Shown here: positions 57,123-64,000 of the stretch, one piece after another | How the letters are laid out: each line of letters begins with the position of its first letter | Numbering within the stretch: position 1 is the first letter of the stretch | Source: Candidatus Poribacteria bacterium | GTDB taxonomy: Bacteria > Poribacteria > WGA-4E > WGA-3G | DNA: 64,000 nt | Assembly: GCA_965205015.1 (NCBI GenBank) | Contig: OZ242029.1 | Location: 224,001-288,000 of the forward strand | Direction of reading: 5' to 3' | The notes under the pieces: model-generated | Told to the model about the DNA's origin: nothing | Databases searched by the model: none | What the model saw: the letters and a program-made list of their open reading frames with translations, nothing else | Translations under genes and position numbers: made by a program

Positions 57123-58535
57123 ATGAAATTATTTAAACTTGGATATCTGTTTTACGACTTACGCAGTGAGGCGATAAATCGACTCACTACGAACCGAAGG
57201 ACCTTGAAAATACGGGCTTTTTCAAAAGTAGCGCTGTTTGTAGGAGCGCAATTCATTGGGCATTACGTAAGTCCGGTGTTTGTGACGCTACTGATCCTTG
57301 TTCACTACAGCAGTGCCGAAAATCTTGGGATCTTAGAGCCGAGCGCAGAAATCATCGAAACAGGACTTGACAACCGAAGCCTCGCCATGGGGAAGACCCC
57401 AACGACAACTTCGCGAAGCGGCAGTGCGATCTTCTCAAATCCATCGATGCTCGGCACCTTTGCCAAATCACAGGTCCAAGTGGGTGGAAAATTCTTGTAT
57501 GGGACAATTACGAATGAAGCCGCACTTGATGACAACACCTATGCGTTGTATGAAGCCAAGTATCCGATTTTTCCGAACAGGTCCTATCTCGCGGTAGCGA
57601 TTCCTTATCGGTTACAGCACCGACACTTACCGCGCCCCCGGGACTGGCAAATTGTTTTTGGGATTGGTTACCAGAGAAATGAAGGCGTGAAAGGGGAGAT
57701 TCAAGCCCTTTGGTCAGAAGATGGCGGGGCAGCGTTAAAAGGTAAGTCGGCGAGCATCCGGGGGAGGCGGTGGGGGGCTCTGAGCACGATTACGCCAGGC
57801 GTTGCCCTGAATCTTGGAGATAGATATTTTTTCGGGTTAGCGTTCAATCGAACCCTCGGTGCGATTAACTACACAAATGAGTTGGAAGGACCAGGGCGTC
57901 AGACGCAAGTAGATACGGAGCAGGAGCAATCCGCACTGTTCCTCAGAATGGGTGGCTTAGCTAAGGTCACACCTGAACTCTCTATCGGCTTGATGTACCG
58001 CCCAAGTTTTGATTGGGAATTGGGAAGGACAACCACGAAAACCTACGTGGACGGTGAACTCGAGACAGATAGGGATCAGATGGCTGCTCAGTTGACAATA
58101 CCGACTGTGTGGGGGCTCGGTGCGGAATATAAGGTTTCCCCTGACTTCGTTGTCGCCTTAGAAGTCCAATCCCGTCCGTTCTCCGAACTGCAATGGAGCG
58201 GAGATGTTCAGCAGCATGTATTTGTGGAGAATGGGTTTAATTTTTCCGTGGGTGCAGAGTATTTAGGTGCCCCCTCGGCGTTTCGCTTCGGGGCTTTTCG
58301 GGATGTAATTCCGTTTGTAGATGAAGATGACACGGCACCCGTGAATCTTGTCGGATTCACAGCAGGCATCGGTTCTGATGCAGAAGCGGATTTCTCTTGG
58401 AACGCCTCCGTCCTCTTTGGCACATGGGGGCACTTTAACAATAAAGGGCAAGAATACTCGGAAAACCTAATTCGTGCCGGGATCTCCGCCACGTATCGCT
58501 TCAAGACGCATGCCGGCTCATCCAGCACAAACTAA
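57123..58535 (+). CDS. FadL/PorV-like beta-barrel, tandem paralog with an in-frame MITE in the signal peptide
   Basis: Extensive identity to 55657..56940 (GIGYQRNEGVK, TPGVALNL, YSENLIRAGISATYRF); start reassigned to MKLFKLG. Confidence 0.8.
   Translation: MKLFKLGYLFYDLRSEAINRLTTNRRTLKIRAFSKVALFVGAQFIGHYVSPVFVTLLILVHYSSAENLGILEPSAEIIETGLDNRSLAMGKTPTTTSRSGSAIFSNPSMLGTFAKSQVQVGGKFLYGTITNEAALDDNTYALYEAKYPIFPNRSYLAVAIPYRLQHRHLPRPRDWQIVFGIGYQRNEGVKGEIQALWSEDGGAALKGKSASIRGRRWGALSTITPGVALNLGDRYFFGLAFNRTLGAINYTNELEGPGRQTQVDTEQEQSALFLRMGGLAKVTPELSIGLMYRPSFDWELGRTTTKTYVDGELETDRDQMAAQLTIPTVWGLGAEYKVSPDFVVALEVQSRPFSELQWSGDVQQHVFVENGFNFSVGAEYLGAPSAFRFGAFRDVIPFVDEDDTAPVNLVGFTAGIGSDAEADFSWNASVLFGTWGHFNNKGQEYSENLIRAGISATYRFKTHAGSSSTN
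57153..57276. mobile_element. 124-bp MITE with GACTTACG-type TIRs and a 5-bp target duplication
   Basis: TACGACTTACGCA...TACGTAAGTCCGG flanked by TGTTT at 57148-57152 and 57277-57281. Confidence 0.8.
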
Positions 58536-58658
58536 GGAGAATTTCATACTGTAGACGAAAATAACTTTGCTGCTATTGCTGCTGTTCAGCCTTTCTCTTT
58601 ATCAGTCATGTATATCTGTTGATGTGTCTGATATTTTAAGCAGCATCGTAATTTGTAC

Positions 58659-58687
58659 TTGATTTTTTTCGGAAAATTTTGTATGAT
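58659..58687 (+). promoter_or_regulatory. sigma70-type promoter in front of the structured RNA candidate
   Basis: TTGATT-N17-TATGAT. Confidence 0.55.
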
Positions 58688-58694
58688 TATGAAC

Positions 58695-58784
58695 GGACGT
58701 TGGGGAGGGATTGCCAGGGTAGATCCCTCTACCCCCGTCTCCACCCAACTGGCAATTGGGTATGCGTCTGAGAATACAACGTCC
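58695..58784 (+). ncRNA. Candidate structured RNA of unknown family
   Basis: Closing stem GGACGTTG/CAACGTCC, hairpins GGGTAGA/TCTACCC and ACCCAA/TTGGGT, 8-bp complement ATTGCCAG/CTGGCAAT. Confidence 0.55.
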
Positions 58785-58799
58785 AAATACCACAATTTT

Positions 58800-59015
58800 T
58801 TGATACCATAAAAGTAGCGATGCTTACTGGCGATCTTCCCACGCCACGCTTTACCTTGATAGATCAGTGAACGTGAAATCCGAATGTTGTCACAGACGGC
58901 TACCGGACGGGAAACGAATCGTATTGCGGAAATCAATCCTCAAGAGAAAAAAGGTCTTGAAAATGCGAAAACGCCCCAGCAACGTTACAAACTTCTGCGC
59001 GGTTTGATGAAGATT
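58800..59015 (-). pseudogene. IS982-family transposase remnant
   Basis: DSFP (frameshift) PVAVCDNIRISRS..YQGKAWRGKIASKHRYFYGIK; truncated at both ends. Confidence 0.7.
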
Positions 59016-59066
59016 CATTTTTGAACATACTATAAACGGCACGACGACAAGGAGGAAGAGGATCCT

Positions 59067-60200
59067 ATGCAACTCAGATACTTTTTTCTGACGATCCTAT
59101 TGTTTTCAGTTTCGGAATACTTCGGTTTCGCACAGCAATCAACAGAATGGACAGTGCCCAAAGGCACGATTGCGCATCTGGGCGAAGAACCAATAAATGA
59201 TATAGCGTATTCTCCGGATGGGGGGCTTCTTGCGGCGGCAAGTGGCAATGGTATTTGGCTCTACGATGGCGTAACGCATCAAGAGGTCGCGCGCCTCGTG
59301 GAACACAACGATTCGGTCTATAGTATTTCCTTTAGTCCGGATGGTAAGACGTTGGCAAGTGGGGATTCGGGCGGGAGGGTTTATCTATGGGATGTTGCAA
59401 CTGGCACGCTCCTATGGGGGCACAATCCGTGGTCCTCGGGATATAGAGCAAGTGTCTCTTTTAGTCCGGATGGTAAGACGTTGGCAAGTGGGATTCGCGA
59501 AAGAGTGTATCTATCGTATGTTGCGACTGGGGAGTATGATTTACTTCAGGATCTTCATTCTTTGAGGGTTGGCATCCAAAGTGTCGCCTTTAGCCCGGAT
59601 GGTCGGATGTCTGCCTTTGGCGGTTTGGACCAGACAGTTTATCTATTGGATGTTGCGACGGGCAGGCTCCGACATACCCTTGAAGGACACACCGATTCGG
59701 TCTTAAGTGTCGCCTTTAGTCCGAGTGGTCTGATTGTGGCAAGTGCGGGTTTCGACAAAACAGTGCGGCTATGGAATGTTATAACAGGCGAGCTCCGACA
59801 TACCCTTGAAGGACACACCTTTGATGTCAATAGTGTCTCGTTTCGTCCGGATGGTAAGATTTTAGCAAGCGCGGGTGACCAGACAGTGCGGCTATGGAAT
59901 GTTATCACTGGCAGGCTCCTACGGACACTTCACGGACACACCGGTTTCGTCAATAGTGTCTCGTTTTCTCCGGATGGTAAGACGTTGGCAAGTGCGGGTT
60001 CGGACGGGAAAATCCTTCTCTGGAGGGTCGGATGGGTCGCTGCCGATGTGAATCGCGATGATAAAGTCAACATTCTAGACCTCGTCATCATCGCAAGCGA
60101 ACTTGGAAAAATCGGCGAAACCGATGCGGATGTCAATGGCGACGGCATCGTTGACATTCGAGACCTCGTCATCGTCGCAGGCGCATTCGGTGAAGTCTAA
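59067..60200 (+). CDS. Secreted WD40 + dockerin-like protein lacking the CTD
   Basis: Signal peptide; about 7 WD repeats; ADVNRDDKVNILDL and ADVNGDGIVDIRDL. Confidence 0.88.
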   Translation: MQLRYFFLTILLFSVSEYFGFAQQSTEWTVPKGTIAHLGEEPINDIAYSPDGGLLAAASGNGIWLYDGVTHQEVARLVEHNDSVYSISFSPDGKTLASGDSGGRVYLWDVATGTLLWGHNPWSSGYRASVSFSPDGKTLASGIRERVYLSYVATGEYDLLQDLHSLRVGIQSVAFSPDGRMSAFGGLDQTVYLLDVATGRLRHTLEGHTDSVLSVAFSPSGLIVASAGFDKTVRLWNVITGELRHTLEGHTFDVNSVSFRPDGKILASAGDQTVRLWNVITGRLLRTLHGHTGFVNSVSFSPDGKTLASAGSDGKILLWRVGWVAADVNRDDKVNILDLVIIASELGKIGETDADVNGDGIVDIRDLVIVAGAFGEV

Positions 60201-60240
60201 GCGGCACCTACAGGAGGTAGCATTTTATGAAATTGACACC

Positions 60241-60443
60241 TATAGTGGCGTTTCATGAAGTTTCGGAAAATAAATCGGTAATAGACGGGAAACCATGAAT
60301 GGTTTCCCGACTACAAACGGGGCTGCTCGTAGGGGGTTTTTGCTTGGGTATTTCTTCAGGGTTTCCCAACCCGTTTCATGCGATTTATCACACGTTGAGA
60401 AATTACCGAATTAAAAAGTTAAACTTCATCTAACCCCACCGAT
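60241..60443. mobile_element. Degenerate MITE containing a REP-like hairpin
   Basis: TATAGTGGCGTTTCATGAAGTTT vs reverse complement of the right end ATCGGTGGGGTTAGATGAAGTTT; inner CGGGAAACCA-TGAA-TGGTTTCCCG-ACTAC. Confidence 0.5.
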
Positions 60444-60461
60444 GACGAGTTTAATTGCCTT

Positions 60462-60586
60462 TATAGTAAAACCCAAAAATAAGTGAACATTCGTAGCACA
60501 AACTGTCCAGTTTGTCCAGGGGAGGCACGCAAACTAACAGTTTGCGCTACAATCGGGGTGCCCAAGTAATTATTGACTCTACTATA
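60462..60586. mobile_element. MITE with TATAGTA... TIRs enclosing a REP doublet
   Basis: TATAGTAAAACCCAAAAATAAGT ... AAGTAATTATTGACTCTACTATA; inner GTAGCACAAACT...AGTTTGCGCTAC. Confidence 0.7.
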
Positions 60587-60935
60587 ATTCTCAGATTCAT
60601 AAAACTACCCAAGTTGTCCTCCCTGTAGCGGAATCTCCGCGGATAATGAACCTTCCTTAAAGCCCTCTTATCGGCACCGTTGCTTTTGTCTCTGGGTTGT
60701 GCGAACACGGTGGAAACCCTGTTCTCAGATCGCGGAATATAGCAAAGCACACCCCTCTTCCTGCCGAGCAAAGATGGCATAGAAATATAGAAAACCACAA
60801 TTAGGATATTTTCAATTGGCATTTCTCTACCGGATGGTGTAAAATTATTTCGTAAACGGTGTAGAAGAAAAGACGTTAAGTCTATTAAGACCAATTTTGA
60901 AACCCATCCGAATGGATATATGAGAGTGAATCGCA

Positions 60936-62723
60936 ATGCGTGAACCCAATCAACCTGAAGATTATTTACAACGCTTACGCCATTCGACCGCGCACATCAT
61001 GGCGTATGCCGTCCAACAACTATTCCCAGATGGCGAACGGACCGTTAAACTCGCAATCGGACCGCCGATTGAGAACGAGTTTTATTACGATATGGAGGTG
61101 CCGCGCCCCATCACACCCGAAGATTTCCCCGAAATCGAAAAGCACATGAAGGCGATGATTAAATCCAATGTGCCGTTCCAGCAAGAGACCTGGGCTTATG
61201 ACGATGCCCGCCAGTGGTTCGGCGAACGCGATCAGAAATTCAAACTCGAGCTCATCGACGGGATTTCGGATCGTGAAGTCAGTGCGACCGATGAGGGTGT
61301 TGACGCAGAAGGCGTCTCTATCTATCACAATGGTGATTTCACGGACCTCTGCAAGGGTCCACACGTCGAAAAAACAGGCGAATGCCGATATTTCAAACTG
61401 CTCCGCGTTTCAGGAGCCTATTGGCGCGGTGATAGCAACCGTGAGCAGTTGCAACGCATCTACGGCACAGCATGGGAGACCAAAGCCGACCTTCAGGCAT
61501 ACTTGACACAACGCGAGGAAGCCGCCAAACGCGACCATCGTAAACTCGGGCGCGAATTGGACCTCTTTCAGATGCATCCCGAATCCCCCGGAAGTGCATT
61601 TTGGCTTCCCAAAGGCACGCTCATTTACAATCTCCTCTCCGAAAAGGTGCGGAAACTCTACCACAGTGAAGGCTACCAAGAGGTGCGGACACCCCTCATC
61701 TACGATAGCAGTCTCTGGGAAACCTCCGGACATTGGGAACACTTTAAAGACGATATGTTTCTCGTCGAAAACGAAGAGGGTGAGGCAACAAGCGCGCTCA
61801 AACCGATGAACTGTCCCGCACACATGTTAATCTATAAAAGCGTCCGCCACAGTTATCGCGATCTACCCTATCGTCTGCATGACCAAGGGGTGCTGCATCG
61901 CAACGAAGCCACAGGGACGTTGACTGGCTTGTCGCGTGTGCGTCAACTCTGTCAAGATGACGGACACATCTTTGTTGAGGAGAAGGACATCGCCACTGAA
62001 TACGAGCGGATCCTCGGGCTCTTCCAACGTATCTACGGCACTTTCGATCTGCCGTTCCGATGCGATTTTAGTACACGCAACCCTGAGAAGTTCATGGGCG
62101 ATATAGAGGTCTGGAATCGCGCCGAAACCCTACTTGAAGATGTGTTGAAAAACAACCAGATTGAGTATAGTGTCGATCCTGGGGAAGCGGCATTCTATGG
62201 TCCTAAACTCGATTTTCAGGTCCGGGATTCACTCAACCGAGATGTCCAGTGCGCTACTGTGCAACTCGATTTCCAACTGCCGGAACGATTTGACCTCACC
62301 TATGTCGCACCAGATGGGTCTGAAAAGCGTCCTGTGGTCATCCATCGCGCAATTTGCGGGAGTTTTGAACGCTTTATCGCGATGCTGATTGAGCATTACG
62401 CCGGCGCATTTCCAACATGGCTCTCTCCCGTCCAGTGTGTTGTGATGACAATCAGTCAACGCTTCGTTGATTACGGCACAGAAGTCGAAAAACTTCTGGC
62501 ACAAAAAGGCTGTCGTGTCGTATTGGACAATAGCGATGATAAGATTGGCGCGAAGATTCGCCAAGCCCGTTTGCAACGCGTGCCCTACATGTTAATTATC
62601 GGTGGACGTGAACAGGAAAGTCGCACGGTCAGCGTCCGCAGTCGAGATGAAGGCGATATGGGGGCAATGGCACTTGATACTTTCGTCGATAAAATGGTTC
62701 AAGAAGCCGATCTGGATTTTTAA
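60936..62723 (+). CDS. thrS: Threonine--tRNA ligase (short form without N-terminal TGS domain)
   Basis: LRHSTAH, DLCKGPH, RDHRKLG, KPMNCP, AFYGPKLD, IHRAICGSFERF. Confidence 0.97.
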   Translation: MREPNQPEDYLQRLRHSTAHIMAYAVQQLFPDGERTVKLAIGPPIENEFYYDMEVPRPITPEDFPEIEKHMKAMIKSNVPFQQETWAYDDARQWFGERDQKFKLELIDGISDREVSATDEGVDAEGVSIYHNGDFTDLCKGPHVEKTGECRYFKLLRVSGAYWRGDSNREQLQRIYGTAWETKADLQAYLTQREEAAKRDHRKLGRELDLFQMHPESPGSAFWLPKGTLIYNLLSEKVRKLYHSEGYQEVRTPLIYDSSLWETSGHWEHFKDDMFLVENEEGEATSALKPMNCPAHMLIYKSVRHSYRDLPYRLHDQGVLHRNEATGTLTGLSRVRQLCQDDGHIFVEEKDIATEYERILGLFQRIYGTFDLPFRCDFSTRNPEKFMGDIEVWNRAETLLEDVLKNNQIEYSVDPGEAAFYGPKLDFQVRDSLNRDVQCATVQLDFQLPERFDLTYVAPDGSEKRPVVIHRAICGSFERFIAMLIEHYAGAFPTWLSPVQCVVMTISQRFVDYGTEVEKLLAQKGCRVVLDNSDDKIGAKIRQARLQRVPYMLIIGGREQESRTVSVRSRDEGDMGAMALDTFVDKMVQEADLDF

Positions 62724-62724
62724 A

Positions 62725-62818
62725 TGGCTGTCGGTTCGCCTGCTGCACAGGCTTTCAGTTATCGGTTACAAGAGTTTCCTCTTTAACCGATAACAACCGA
62801 CAACTGACAACCGACACC
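62725..62818. repeat. Inverted heptamer tandem repeats
   Basis: CTGTCGG/TTTCAG/TTATCGG facing ACCGATA, ACCGACA, ACTGACA, ACCGACA. Confidence 0.6.
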
Positions 62819-62840
62819 TCTTAAAAAAGGAGCAAACAGA

Positions 62841-63473
62841 ATGCATAAAATTTTGACAGTCAAACCCATCGGATATAACCTTACAATTTGCGCTCTCCTC
62901 ATTGGTATCACAATTTTCAGCAGTTGCAGTGCCTCTAAGCAGGTCACTCGCGTCGATGCCGATACCACCATCGATCTGTCTGGACGCTGGAACGACACCG
63001 ATTCGCGCATGGTCGCCGATGACATCATTCAGGACTGCTTAACACACCCTTGGATCAATGATCACGGTATAAACAGCGGTGCGAAACCCGTTGTGATCGT
63101 TGGCGGTATCCGCAACAAGAGCATGGAACACATCCCCGTCGCTACGTTTATAACCGACATCGAGCGTGCCTTCATCAACTCCGGAAAAGTGCGGACTGTC
63201 TCAAGTTCAAGTGAGCGTGGCGAAATTCGAGAAGAGCGTGCCGACCAAGGCGAGTTCGCTGCACTCGAAACCGTTAAACGGATGGGACGTGAACTCGGTG
63301 CTGACTACATGATGACCGGCGAAATAAACACCATCGAAGACCGTGAAGGGGGAGACCAAGTCATCTTCTATCAGACGGATCTGACATTGACGAACATCGA
63401 GACAAACGAGAAGATTTGGATCGGTAACAAGAAAATCAAAAAGTTTGTCGGACGGGACAAGTTTAAAATGTAA
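62841..63473 (+). CDS. LpoB-like lipoprotein (penicillin-binding protein activator family)
   Basis: FSSC lipobox; DLSGRWNDTD, IRNKSMEHI, GADYMMTGEI. Confidence 0.8.
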   Translation: MHKILTVKPIGYNLTICALLIGITIFSSCSASKQVTRVDADTTIDLSGRWNDTDSRMVADDIIQDCLTHPWINDHGINSGAKPVVIVGGIRNKSMEHIPVATFITDIERAFINSGKVRTVSSSSERGEIREERADQGEFAALETVKRMGRELGADYMMTGEINTIEDREGGDQVIFYQTDLTLTNIETNEKIWIGNKKIKKFVGRDKFKM

Positions 63474-63546
63474 GCAGCTCGCGAGGCTTCTGTTTGGGCG
63501 GGTCCCGTACCCGTCCGCTATGATCTTTTAAAATCCACAAAAACTG

Positions 63547-64000
63547 ATGATCAAAATACTCCCTTTTCTACTTGCCATCTCTCTGATGATAGGGTGTGGT
63601 GGCTATAAGTTTCAAGAAGTCATAGAATCACTGGAGAGCGGACAGCCAGAAACTGCTTATACCTACCTTCAGAAAAAGGCACCGAAAAAACCTGACATTC
63701 CGTTTCTGTTTGAATTGGGATTGGTTGCGCATTACGCCAACCACTCCCAAGAAAGCAGCGCAGCGTTCGATCAAGCCGGCGATATCGCCGAAGACCGTTA
63801 TACCAAAAGCGTTTCAAAAGAGGCGTTTTCGCTCGTCACCTCTGATCAGATGCGTCCATATCCCGGGACCCGCTATGAACGACTTTTGAGCCACTACTAC
63901 CGAGCACTCAACTACGTCTATCAAGCTCAGTTAGACGGTGCGTTAGTGGAATGTCGCAAGGCCACGGCTCTCATCAACTATTTCAAGGGTGAAAACGAGG
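63547..64000 (+). CDS. COG3014-like TPR lipoprotein, partial (runs off the right edge)
   Basis: Not in the ORF track. MIKILPFLLAISLMIGC; PYPGTRYE...YYRALNY...ALVECRK; adjacent to the LpoB-like gene. Confidence 0.7.
   Translation, partial: MIKILPFLLAISLMIGCGGYKFQEVIESLESGQPETAYTYLQKKAPKKPDIPFLFELGLVAHYANHSQESSAAFDQAGDIAEDRYTKSVSKEAFSLVTSDQMRPYPGTRYERLLSHYYRALNYVYQAQLDGALVECRKATALINYFKGENE

Noticed and set aside
58695-58784. TPP riboswitch or SRP RNA assignment
   Set aside because: CTGAGA is present but the other TPP motifs and their order are absent; no SRP S-domain motif.
43750-60586. Integrative island at tRNA-Val
   Set aside because: No integrase and no duplicated tRNA 3' end was found by eye.
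60700-60725. T-box upstream of thrS (GGTGGAAACC)
   Set aside because: Does not fit TGGNACC spacing; no recognisable stem I or terminator.
60547-60936. 129-aa minus-strand ORF
   Set aside because: Runs into a MITE, abuts the thrS start and has no recognisable motif; not supportable.
60936-62723. ThrRS lacking the TGS domain as a novelty
   Set aside because: Short ThrRS forms are known in many bacteria; editing and catalytic motifs are intact.

Overview
Bacterial chromosomal window of about 50% GC. The gene style (PhyH dioxygenases, WD40/dockerin/LRR secreted proteins with '[11 protein letters not shown]' or 'KLATRWGQLK'-type C-termini, many small palindromic repeats) suggests Candidatus Poribacteria; this lineage call is an inference. 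Housekeeping genes: fused glyQS, recO, phoH, ybeY, a CBS/CorC protein, argJ, thrS, and tRNA-Pro, -Gly, -Cys, -Val. These alternate with accessory blocks: (i) a TonB receptor / large CTD-bearing protein / PorV-like barrel / sulfatase locus split by toxin-antitoxin modules; (ii) a 1205-aa LRR/lamin-tail surface protein behind a perfect sigma70 promoter, a leader ORF containing a C9 tract and a terminator-like hairpin, which may form a homopolymer-switched attenuator; (iii) a roughly 16 kb block with an atypical sigma54 activator, 21-bp repeat arrays and a -24/-12 promoter, followed by VWA, WD40-dockerin, cohesin-WD40 and beta-barrel genes. Other notable signals: a promoter-fronted 90-nt pseudoknotted RNA candidate, a MITE inserted in frame into a signal peptide with a 5-bp target duplication, a REP-like hairpin inside the GlyQ-GlyS linker, and a duplicated argJ 5' end. 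No CRISPR array, rRNA or intact transposase/integrase was seen. All calls are by eye; no searches were run.
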